19,415 nucleotides of DNA. Origin: Octopus sinensis. Its lineage: Eukaryota. The stretch spans positions 1 through 19,415 of the forward strand of contig NW_021824248.1 in the NCBI RefSeq assembly GCF_006345805.1, written 5' to 3'. Below are positions 1-9,032 of the stretch, in pieces; the first letter of the stretch is position 1, and each line of letters begins with the position of its first letter. The notes under the pieces are model-generated. The model ran no database searches. It was not told where the DNA came from and saw nothing but the letters and a program-made list of their open reading frames with translations. Made by a program: the position numbers and the translations under genes.

Positions 1-146
1 TGGCAATGATCCCGCTCGGATGGAGCTTTAGCGGTTCACTGGCACGGGTGCCAGTCATCAATTTGGTTCACTTTCGATTTCACTTGCCCCAACAGGTCTT
101 CATAAGCAGAGTTTAGTGTCCAATGAAAGAAGGTTGGCATGTGCAG
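1..146 (-). mobile_element. 5'-side fragment of the (TGA)n-tailed SINE family (Meta-domain-like; family C)
   Basis: Its reverse complement shares GGCAAGTGA..ATCGAAA and the GTGCCAGTG internal repeat motif with the copies at 12522 and 7199. The window edge cuts it. Confidence 0.55.
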
Positions 147-190
147 ATATATATATATATATATATATATATCTATATATATATATAATA
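147..190. repeat. (TA)n microsatellite
   Basis: Direct reading of the sequence. Confidence 0.95.
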
Positions 191-490
191 TAATTCGAGA
201 CAAAACCACTATTTTAAAATCAAACAAGGAAAGACTTAATCAATACATAAAATTTTAATATAAATTAATAAACCGCCACTACAAGAATGTCAGTAGCAGA
301 CAGGAAACAATTGTAGTGGCGGTTTATTAATTATATTAAAATTTTATGTATTGATTAAGTCTTTCTTGTTTGATTTTAAAATAGTGGTTTTGTCTCGAAT
401 TATATTATATAATTTTTACTATAAAATTGGATTTAACCCTAAATCTGATTTTTCCCTGTAATTTTGGATTCATTCCCTAATATTTATTAT
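183..490 (+). mobile_element. Fold-back Penelope-like (pLTR-derived) element with 5' inversion
   Basis: Arms 183-284 and 311-410 are near-perfect inverted repeats (two 1-nt indels) around a 26-nt loop that carries most of a truncated hammerhead. The element is homologous to 13647-14044 in opposite orientation and is flanked by (TA)n. Confidence 0.75.
285..322 (+). ncRNA. 5'-truncated type-I hammerhead ribozyme (lacks the CUGA part of the core)
   Basis: GA-atgtc-agtagca-gacag-GAAAC-aatt-GTA-gtggcgg; the same layout as the intact copy at 13836-13896. Confidence 0.7.
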
Positions 491-753
491 ATATATATAT
501 AAATTCAGCAAAAACAATTAAGATTCAAGTGAGTTCCAATGAATTCACATGAATATGGTACTTAACTTAGATGCACCAGAATTCTTTATGGTATTAGCCA
601 TAAAATAATGTGGGGTGATTATAACCAAGAAAAAAGTATTTGCTGCAATATTTGCAGCTTCAAATAAAATTGCTCTTAGTATGAAACAATTGTACTAAAC
701 TACTAATCCATTCTTGTTGCTTTTTTCTTGGGTATATATATATATATATATAT

Positions 754-1060
754 AGAAAATAGAAAAGAGTGATAAACTACAGAAGGCTTGTTTTATAAGG
801 TTAAAGAATATATTTAAGTCGTTATGTTAGAAGAATGTTATAAAATTTTTCATACAGTAACATAGTTTTTGAAGAAATTACTGGTTTCCTGTTAACTTTT
901 CAAATTTCTCAAATATCTTTACCTACATTGTGTCATGTCACACTGCATGTATGTTACTATTTGAAAAATTTTATAACATTCTTCTCACATAACGACTTAA
1001 ATATATTCTTTAACCTTATAAAGCAAGCCTTCTGTAGTTTTTTTCGCTCTTCTCTTTTTA
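754..1060. mobile_element. Fold-back element (about 110-bp arms), probably Penelope-like pLTR-derived
   Basis: Arms 754-864 and 950-1060 are inverted repeats with few mismatches around an 85-nt loop. It is adjacent to (TA)n on the left. Confidence 0.6.
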
Positions 1061-1094
1061 TATATCAACACGTGCTTTCACACACCAACTTTCC

Positions 1095-1348
1095 ACCTAT
1101 ATATATAATATATATATTTTATATTATATATTATATATATATATCTATATATATATATATAGATTATATATATATATATATATATAATATATATAACACA
1201 TATTATATATATATATAACATATATATATATATGATATATATACATATATATATATATTATATACATATATATATATATATATAATTACATACATATATA
1301 TATATATATAATATATATATAATATATATATATATAATATTTGATATA
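1095..1348. repeat. Degenerate (TA)n microsatellite
   Basis: Direct reading of the sequence. Confidence 0.95.
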
Positions 1349-1623
1349 TGCACGTGTGTATGTGTGAATAAAAAGCAGAAAAGCATTAATTTCACATATA
1401 ATCAATGATTTAATTAGTCTTCTAACATCTGTTTCAATTGAATAAAACATCATTATGTAATTAGTGTACTAATTGACCAATTTGAAAGTGGTGTGTTACC
1501 CACATCTACAGGAGAAAATAACAGGAGAAAATGGCAACCAGGAATCTGTTCCTGGTTTGGATACAAATGGAATAATGAGACGAGAAGAGGACAGGAAAAA
1601 ATTTAAAAAAACTAAATTAATTA

Positions 1624-2190
1624 GGTACAGGAGTGGCTGCGTGGTAAGGAGCTTCCTTACCAACCACATGGTTCCGGGTTCAGTCCCACTGCAGGGCACC
1701 TTGGGCAAGTGTCTTCTACTATAGCCTCGGGCCGACCAAAGCCTTGTGAGTGGATTTGGTAGACGGAAACTGAAAGAAGACTGTCGTATATATGTATATA
1801 TAGGTGCAGAAGTGGCTGTGTGGTAAGGAGCTTCCTTACCAACCACATGGTTCCGGGTTCAGTCCCACTGCAGGGCACCTTGGGCAAGTGTCTTCTACTA
1901 TAGCCTTGTGAGTGGATTTGGTAGACGGAAACTGAAAGAAGCCTGTCGTATATATGTATATATATATATGTGTGTGCGTGTATGTTTGTGTGTCTGTGTT
2001 TGTCTCCCTAGCATTGCTTGACAACCGATGCTGGTGTGTTTACGTCCCCGTCACTTAGCGGTTCAGCAAAAGAGACCGATAGAATAAGTACTAGGCTTAC
2101 AAAGAATAAGTCCTGGGGTCGAGTTGCTCGACTAAAGGTGGTGCTCCAGCATGGCCGCAGTCAACTGACTCAAACAAGTAAAAGAGTAAA
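1624..2190 (+). mobile_element. tRNA/CORE SINE (family A, OR2-like) with a duplicated 5' module
   Basis: A-box TGGCTGYGTGG, B-box GGTTCAGTCCC, and CORE-like GGCACCTTGGGCAAGTG (compare MIR GTGACCTTGGGCAAGT). It has a central (TA/TG)n tract and a GTAAAAGA tail. Heads start at about 1624 and 1802. Confidence 0.9.
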
Positions 2191-2361
2191 AGGGAGTTAT
2201 TTTTATGTAAAATAAATGAAATAAAAGCAGTGGGTTTTTTTTTCCCACCCTTTTATAATTTTGATTCTGTGGTGCGAATATGTAATGAGAATTCCCGTGT
2301 TGACACATATAAAATGGAAGAAATTTAACACTTTAGCATTCAGATGGCTCAATGGATAGAG

Positions 2362-3584
2362 CAGTGGTTTTCAACCAGGGTTCCACGGAACCTTCAGGTT
2401 CCGCCAGTACAGTCCAGGGGTTCCGCAAGAAGTTACAAAACTCTAAAATCGGCAGTAATTTTTAATTGTCCTGTGCAGATATGTGTGCATAAGACTATTA
2501 AATTATTGCACAGGGGTTCCTCGAGCCAGTGGAATGTTTCCTTGGGGTTCCGCTCCAGCAAAAAGTTTGAAAAGCACTGATATAGGGGATTCACAAAATC
2601 AACTTCGATACAGGCATACTGGTGTGAACACAAATGGGTAGGGCTAAAAAGAGATCAAACTGTCCAGGCAGTGCAACAGGAAACTAGGGATACCTGACTG
2701 GCTGAATATATAGAGCAGTGGTTTTCAACCAGGGTTCCACCAGTACAGTCCAGGGGTTCCGCAAGAAGTTACAAAACTCTAAAATCGGCAGTAATTTTTA
2801 ATTGTCCTATGCAGATATGTGTGCATAAGACTATTAAATTATTGCACAGGGGTTCCTCGAGCCAGTGGAATGTTTCCTTGGGGTTCCGCTCCATCAAAAA
2901 GTTTGAAAAGCACTGATATAGGGGATTCACAAAATCAACTTCGATACAGGCATACTGGTGTGAACACAAATGGGTAGGGCTAAAAAGAGATCAAACTGTC
3001 CAGGCAGTGCAACAGGAAACTAGGGATACCTGACTGGCTGAATATATAGGGCAGTGGTTTTCCACCAGGGTTCCACCAGTACAGTCCAGGGGTTCGCAAG
3101 AAGTTACAAAACTCTAAAATCGGCAGTAATTTTTATTGTCCTTGCAATATGTGTGCATAAGACTATTAAATTATTGCACAGGGGTTCCTCGAGCCAGTGG
3201 AATGTTTCCTTGGGGTTCCGCTCCATCAAAAAGTTTGAAAAGCACTGATATAGGGGATTCACAAAATCAACTTCGATACAGGCATACTGGTGTGAACACA
3301 AATGGGTAGGGCTAAAAAGAGATCAAACTGTCCAGGCAGTGCAACAGGAAACTAGGGATACCTGACTGGCTGAATATATAGAGCAGTGGTTTTCCACCAG
3401 GGTTCCACCAGTACAGTCCAGGGGTTCTGCAAGAAGTTACAAAACTGCTCAAATCGGCAGTAATTTTTAATTCTCCTGTGCAGATATGTGTGCATAAGAC
3501 TATTAAATTATTGCACAGGGGTTCCTCGAGCCAGTGGAATGTTTCCTTGGGGTTCCGCTCCAGCAAAAAGTTTGAAAAGCACTG
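2362..3584. mobile_element. Array of four hAT-type MITEs (2362-2579, 2716-2915, 3052-3247, 3384-3584) separated by three 136-bp spacers
   Basis: TIRs CAGTGGTTTTCAACC and GTTTGAAAAGCACTG (13/15 match). The outer 8-bp TSD is GGATAGAG (2354-2361) / GGTTAGAG (3585-3592). The spacers are near-identical. Confidence 0.9.
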
Positions 3585-3809
3585 GGTTAGAGCATTAGGC
3601 TCACAGTCATGAGATAGTGAGTTCGATTCCTGGACCAGGCTGTGTGTTGTGTTCTTGAGCAAGACACTTTATTTCTCATTGCTTCTGTTCATTCAGCTGT
3701 AGAAATGAGTTGCAATGTCACTGGTGCCATACTATAACAGCCCCTTTGTTTTTCCCTTGGATAACATCGGTGGCACAGAGAGGAGGAGGCTGGTATGCAT
3801 GACTGATTA

Positions 3810-4048
3810 AAGGCGGCGAGCTGGCAGAATCGTTAGCACGTCGGGCGAAATGCTTAGCGGTATTTCGGCTGCTGTTACGTTGCGAGTTCAAATTCCGCCG
3901 AGGTCAACTTTGCCTTTCATCGTTTCGGGGTCGATAAATTAAATACCAGTTATGCACTGGGGTCGATGTAATCAACTTAATACCTATGTCTGTCCTTGTT
4001 TGTCCCCTCTATGTGTAGCCCCTTGTGGGTAATAAAGAGATAGAAATA
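3810..4048 (+). mobile_element. tRNA-derived SINE with Nin/Deu-like domain (family B, possibly OR1-like)
   Basis: Head AAGGCGGCGAGCTGGCAGAATCG, B-box GAGTTCAAATTCC, and core GCCTTTCATCGTTTCGGGGTCGATAAATTAAATACCAG. A perfect 18-bp TSD GGTATGCATGACTGATTA lies at 3792-3809 and 4049-4066. Confidence 0.9.
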
Positions 4049-4274
4049 GGTATGCATGACTGATTACTAGTCTTTCATAAAACAACCTTGCCTTGTCTTG
4101 TGCATTGGATGGGAACATTCTAGGTGTGATCCCATGGCCATACGTGACCAAAGGGGTCTTTACCCTTTACATACATACACACACACATTGTATAGATGTT
4201 TATATATGTATTTATGCATGTATGCCTGGGTCATTGCCAGTGCTGCCTGGCTGGATCCCCGGGCTGGTGGCATA

Positions 4275-4692
4275 CTTTACTTTTACTTTTACTTTTACTT
4301 GTTTCAGTCATTTGACTGCGGCCATGCTGGAGCACCGCCTTTAGTCGAGCAAATCGACCCCGGGACTTATTCTTTGTAAGCCCAGTACTTATTCTATCGG
4401 CCTCTTTTTGCCGAACCGCTAAGTGACAGGGACGTAAACACACCAGCATCGGTTGTCAAGCAATGCTAGGGGGACAAACACAGACACACAAACACACACA
4501 CACATACATATATATATATACATATATACAACAGGCTTCTTTCAGTTTCCGTCTACCAAATCCACTCACAAGGCATTGGTCAGCCCGGGGCTATAGCAGA
4601 AGACACTTGCCCAAGGTGCCACGCAGTGGGACTGAACCCGGAACCATGTGGTTTGTTAGCAAGCTACTTACCACACAGCCACACCTGCGCCT
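4275..4692 (-). mobile_element. Full-length family A SINE
   Basis: Reverse complement of the 7813-8228 copy along its whole length. Confidence 0.92.
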
Positions 4693-4698
4693 ATATGT

Positions 4699-5012
4699 AA
4701 AAGAACCATCCGAATGTGGTTGATGCTAGCACCCCAGTCCCGTTTGGCTCCTGTGCCAGTAGCACGTAAAAAGCACCATCCAAACGTGGCCAATGTCAGT
4801 ACCGCCTGACTGGCTCCCATGCCGGTGGCACATAAAATGTACCCAGTACACTCTCGGAGTGGTTGGCGTTAGGAAGGGCATCCACCTGTAGAAACACTGC
4901 CAGATCAGACTGGAGCCTGGTGCAGCCTACTGGCTTGCCAGTCCTCAATCAAACCGTCCAACCCATGCCAGCATGGAAAGCGAACATTAAACCATTAAAT
5001 GATGATGACGAT
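4699..5012 (+). mobile_element. Family C SINE (Meta-like core, TGA tail), 3' part
   Basis: GGTTGGCGTTAGGAAGGGCATCCA core, internal GTGGCAC..AAAAAGCACC repeats, ends in GATGATGACGAT. Confidence 0.85.
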
Positions 5013-5054
5013 ATATATATGTAATATATATATGTATATATAATATATATACAC

Positions 5055-5146
<92 letters not shown>

Positions 5147-5199
5147 CATATATATATACATATATATAATATTTATAATATATATATAATATATTACAT

Positions 5200-5232
<33 letters not shown>

Positions 5233-5432
5233 CATACATATATATATACATATATACAATATATATATATATATAATATATATATATACATACATATTAA
5301 TATATATATATATAAACGCTTATATATATGTATATATATATATATATATATACATATTATATACATATATACATATATATATATAATATATATATATATA
5401 TATAATATTTATATATATATATATATATATAA
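5013..5432. repeat. About 420-bp nearly pure A/T (TA)n tract
   Basis: Direct reading; contains a repeated TAAACGCTTATA motif. Confidence 0.95.
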
Positions 5433-5472
5433 ACGCTTATATGTTCATGTGTTATACATACATGTTTTTAAA

Positions 5473-5857
5473 TCATCATCATCATCATCATCGTTTAATG
5501 TCCGCTCTCCATGCTAGCATGGGTTGGACGATTTGACTGAGGGCTGGCGAACCAGATGGCTGCACCAGGCTTCAATCTTGATCTGGCAGAGTTTCTACTG
5601 CTGGATGCCCTTCCTAACGCCAACCACTCTGAGAGTGTAGTAGGTACTTTTACATGCCATCGACACAAGGGCCAGTCAGGCGGTATTGGCAATGACCTCG
5701 CTCGAATCTTTTACACATGCCACCGGCACAGGTGCCAGTAAGGCGATGCTGGTAATGATCACGCTCGAATGGTGTCTTTTATGTGCCACCGGCACGGAGG
5801 CCAGATAGCTGCTCTGGCAACGATCAAGCTCGGATGGTGCTCTTAACACCCTACTAG
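5473..5857 (-). mobile_element. Family C SINE
   Basis: (CAT)n-CGTTTAA..TCCATGCTAGCATGGGTTGGACG..GGATGCCCTTCCTAACGCCAACCAC followed by internal repeats. Confidence 0.88.
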
Positions 5858-5966
5858 CATAGGGCTCACAGTGTATAGCAATTTATAGATAGCTATGTAT
5901 GTATGTGTATATGTGTGTGTTTGTGTGTATACAGATTTGTGGTCAGTGTACATGTATAGATGTGTA

Positions 5967-6510
5967 TTTTTTTTTTGTATTTTTGTATCTAGTTTCAGCT
6001 CATGAGCCGTGGCCATGCTGGGGCACTGCCATTCGGTGTTGCTACATGATTTTACTTCACGAATGCTTTTTAGCAATTGACATTTGGTGCATGAGAGAGT
6101 TCGATGCAGCTGCTCTCATCTGCACCTCTTGCCGTGAAGTTGGTTCATTGGGGACACCTGACAGGAAGAAGTCCAGCTTTATTTTAACCCTTTAGTATTT
6201 AAACCGGCCCTATCTGGCCAAAATATTTAATCTGTTTTATGTTCAAACTGACCAGATCCAGGCCCTCACACCTACCCTACAATGTTATTCTACATTAAGT
6301 AATTACACCATCAAGATCTTGAAGATATGAGATAATGCATGATTAATTCAAATCAATGTGAATCAATAAGCATTATGTTTGATAGAATAATCAGAAAACT
6401 AAAGGGTTAAAGACATCTGCATCCACCCCATGCAGGTCTCTCAGATCCTTTGGGAGGATATTGAAGAGCTGTGGACCTCTGAAGCCCAGGCTATCACAGT
6501 ATCTTGGCCT
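5967..6510 (-). mobile_element. 3' fragment of a CR1-clade LINE (ORF2 C-terminus, 3' UTR and A-rich tail), split by a MITE
   Basis: After removing 6188-6410, the minus strand reads RYCDSLGFRGPQLFNILPKDLRDLHGVDADVFKIKLDFFLSGVPNEPTSRQEVQMRAAASNSLMHQMSIAKKHS* (stop 6057-6059). This matches the GP.LFN.LP...FK.KLD.FL..VP.EP...RAA.SNSL pattern of CR1-group ORF2 ends. Confidence 0.8.
6188..6406. mobile_element. piggyBac-like MITE (219 bp)
   Basis: TTAA (6184-6187), then CCCTTTAG ... CTAAAGGG, then TTAA (6407-6410). Confidence 0.85.
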
Positions 6511-7198
6511 AGTAAAAGTTTTGAAAACTTATACCTGCATTTCCTTTGTTAGTACCAAGATCGCTTTTAATGTGTGTTAGTATTGTTTATACATGCACAC
6601 GCACAAACACTGACTTCACACACACACACATACACATACACACACACATGTATGAGATGGGCTTCTTTCAGCTACTGTCAACCAAAATTCACCCACAAGG
6701 CTAATTATATAGATATAAAGTGAGTGGGGGGTGAGAAAGGGGTAGGGAGTGGGATCGATGCTACAATTCATAAGTTACACCCATGTTTGGTATGGATTTA
6801 TTGACTTTTTGTTCCCCGTGGAAGAGGGTTGGATGTTACACCATCTGTTTGCAATAAACACTTGTGTATATATGTGTGTGTGTGTGTGCACGTGTATGTA
6901 TGTGTCTGTTTGAGTGAGAATGTTATATGTACATGTGTGTGTGTGTGTATTTATATATACATGTGTGTATATAAATTCTCAAACTTGAGGGAATGGGTCC
7001 CTTAGATACTAACATGGGCCCCCATATATGGCGCAGGGGCCCACTTGCCATCAGGCAAGCTAGCAATCAGGCGAGTCTGCCACTGGATAGAATAGTTGGT
7101 GGAGGTTCATTTTCCATGGGTTCATAAATGAAATTTGAGCCCAGCAAAAAAAAGGGATGTACATTTGACAGGTTTTTTTCAGTTTCTTATTTCTCTAT

Positions 7199-7494
7199 TG
7201 CCCTTCCTAACGCCAACCACTCCATGAGTGTAGTGGGTGCTTTTTATGTGCCATCGGCACAGGTGCCAGACGAGGCTGGCAAATGGCCACAATCAGATGG
7301 TGCTTTTTACGTGCCACCGGCACAGGTGCCGGGCGGGGCTGGCAACGACCACGATCGGATGGTGCTTTTTATGTGCCACCGGCACGAGGCCAGTCGAGGC
7401 GGTACTGGCAACGGCCACGTTCGGATGGTTCTCTTACGTACTCCTGGCACTGGTATCACAGCTGCAATTTCCATTGATGTTGATCGATTTCGAT
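7199..7494 (-). mobile_element. Family C SINE lacking its tail, with internal tandem repeats of about 57 bp
   Basis: TGCCCTTCCTAACGCCAACCAC followed by repeated GGTGCTTTTTAYGTGCCA units. Confidence 0.85.
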
Positions 7495-7689
7495 GAGAGA
7501 GAGATAAAGTATGAGAACTGTCCATTGTCATGCATGATTGGATATGACACAATTTTTGTCAACTGCTTTCTTAGCACCTGTGTAGTCGCGCGAATAGACA
7601 CAGACCTGCTGTGAACTCTCACACCTTGACCTACATACACAACCAGGGTGTGGCAGTGGAGAACGAGAGAGAGCTGCACAAGCACACAG

Positions 7690-7765
7690 CTGGTTCTCAT
7701 TTACACCTGAGTTACCTGAAGTAATATGAAGTGGAGTGACTTGCTCAAGAACCCACAACAAAGAT
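7690..7765 (-). mobile_element. Old CORE-SINE-like fragment
   Basis: The reverse complement contains GTGGGTTCTTGAGCAAGTCACT, resembling the CORE motif at about 3648-3670. Confidence 0.4.
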
Positions 7766-7812
7766 CCTGCATCATACACTTTAACCTCCTTAATGCTTAT
7801 GTATGTGTATGT

Positions 7813-8228
7813 AGGTACAGGAGTGGCTGTGTGGCAAGTAGCTTGCTTACCAACCACATGGTTCCGGGTTCAATCCCACTGCGTGGTACATTGGGCAAGT
7901 GTCTTCTACTATAGCCCCGGGCCGACCAAAGCCTTGTGAGTGGATTTGGTAGACGGAAACTGAAAGAAGCCCGTCGTATATATGTATATATATATATATA
8001 TGTGCGTGTGTGTTTGTGTGTCTGTGTTTGTCCCCCTAGCATTGCTTGACGACCAATGCTGGTGTGTTTACGTCGCTTTCAATTAGCGGTTCGGCAAAAG
8101 AGACCGATAGAATAAGTACTGGGCTTACAAAGAATAAGTCCCTGGGTCGAGTTGCTCGATTAAAGGCGGTGCTCCAGCATGGCTGCAGTCAAATGACTGA
8201 AACAAGTAAAAGAGTAAAGAGTAAAGAG
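7813..8228 (+). mobile_element. Full-length family A SINE
   Basis: A-box TGGCTGTGTGG, B-box GGTTCAATCCC, CORE-like motif, central microsatellite and GTAAAAGA tail. Confidence 0.92.
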
Positions 8229-8377
8229 AATATTTATGTACAGTAATACCTCACTTTACGGGGACCTGCATTAGGAGGTCCCGCTTTGCGAGACCTAAGG
8301 TTTACAAGTTTTAGTTTATAACTAGCTGGCCCCGTGCCATCAAAAATGATAGCTAATCATAGTATTTTATATATATA

Positions 8378-9032
8378 CTAGCAGTGTTGCCCGGCGTTGC
8401 TCGGGTTTGTTTCGACCCTTTAGAATTGGGATTTTTGAAAAGTAAAAATTTAGCATTATGTAGCTTGTTATTCTCTTTAAGTGAACATTTTTCTGGTTGA
8501 AATACACCGAAAAATAGCGACACAGCAGTCAAAACATCGTAAAAAATAAGAATTTTCATAGAAAAAAGTACCTTTTTGATGTAAATAATTTTTGGTGCTA
8601 ACATGGTCCGATTTGAATTTTTTCTTCTACGGAAGGAAGAGCAAGCCTTCTTCTATCATACTCTCAATTTTGGTCAACTTGCGCTGCAGGGTCTCGGAGG
8701 AGATAGTGTTAGTTGAAGGCTACCAAACCTGCCACACACAGACAACTTCAGCTTTATATATATATAGATATACATATATACGACGGGCTTCTTTCAGTTT
8801 CCGTCTACCAAATCCACCCAAAAGGCTTTGGTTGACCCTTTTTGATGTAAATAATTTTTGGTGTTAACATGGTCCGATTTGAATTTTATCTTCTCCGGAA
8901 GGAAGAGCAAACCTTCTTCTATCATACTCTCAATTTTGGTCAACTTGCGCTGCAGGGTCTCGGAGGAGATAGTGTTAGTTCAAGGCTACCAAACCTGCCA
9001 ACACAGACAACTTCAGTTTTATATATATAGAT
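8378..9032 (+). mobile_element. Helentron/DINE-1-like non-autonomous element with a duplicated 3' half
   Basis: Starts CTAGCAGTGTTGCCCGGCGTTGCTCGGG (subterminal hairpin) and ends TTTATATATATAGAT at 8769. Segment 8571-8769 is repeated at 8837-9032. Confidence 0.6.
8770..8836 (-). mobile_element. Family A SINE fragment
   Basis: CGACGGGCTTCTTTCAGTTTCCGTCTACCAAATCCAC..AAGGCTTTGGT is the reverse complement of about 7925-7982. Confidence 0.85.

Larger units (their letters stand above)
2343..4170 (+). mobile_element. Older tRNA/CORE SINE (family D), interrupted by two insertions
   Basis: The head TGGCTCAATGG(A/T)TAGAGCATT is split at the hAT TSD. B-box GTTCGATTCC at 3621-3630, CORE-like GTGTTCTTGAGCAAGACACTT. 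The body resumes after the Nin-like SINE and appears to end near GGGGTCTTTACCCTTTAC. Confidence 0.75.

Noticed and set aside
625-733. GAAACAATTGTA at 683-694, a GCTGCAA-TAT-TTGCAGC hairpin and short flanking inverted repeats
   Set aside because: It matches the 3' half of the hammerhead at 304-315, but no CUGANGA, stem II or stem I can be found.
1624-1700. SINE heads as tRNA genes
   Set aside because: A and B boxes are present, but there is no complete cloverleaf and the sequence continues into SINE body.
1473-2215. Recurrent ORFs such as MVGKQ.., MPKVP.. and MTTDAGVF..
   Set aside because: They recur at every family A SINE copy with frame-breaking differences, so they are non-coding SINE read-through.
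2324-2345. TTAACACTTTAGCATTCAGAT as a second piggyBac-like MITE end
   Set aside because: It resembles the reverse complement of the 6188-6406 right end, but it is only about 20 bp with no partner end.
2344-3662. Repeated 65-116 aa ORFs and a CRISPR-like repeat/spacer look
   Set aside because: The repeats are about 200-bp MITEs with TIRs, and the spacers are near-identical to one another; this is not CRISPR and not coding.
8239-8300. TA-CAGTAATACCTCACTTTACG, resembling a Tigger/pogo end, plus a GGGACCT/AGGTCCC hairpin
   Set aside because: No matching opposite terminus was found.
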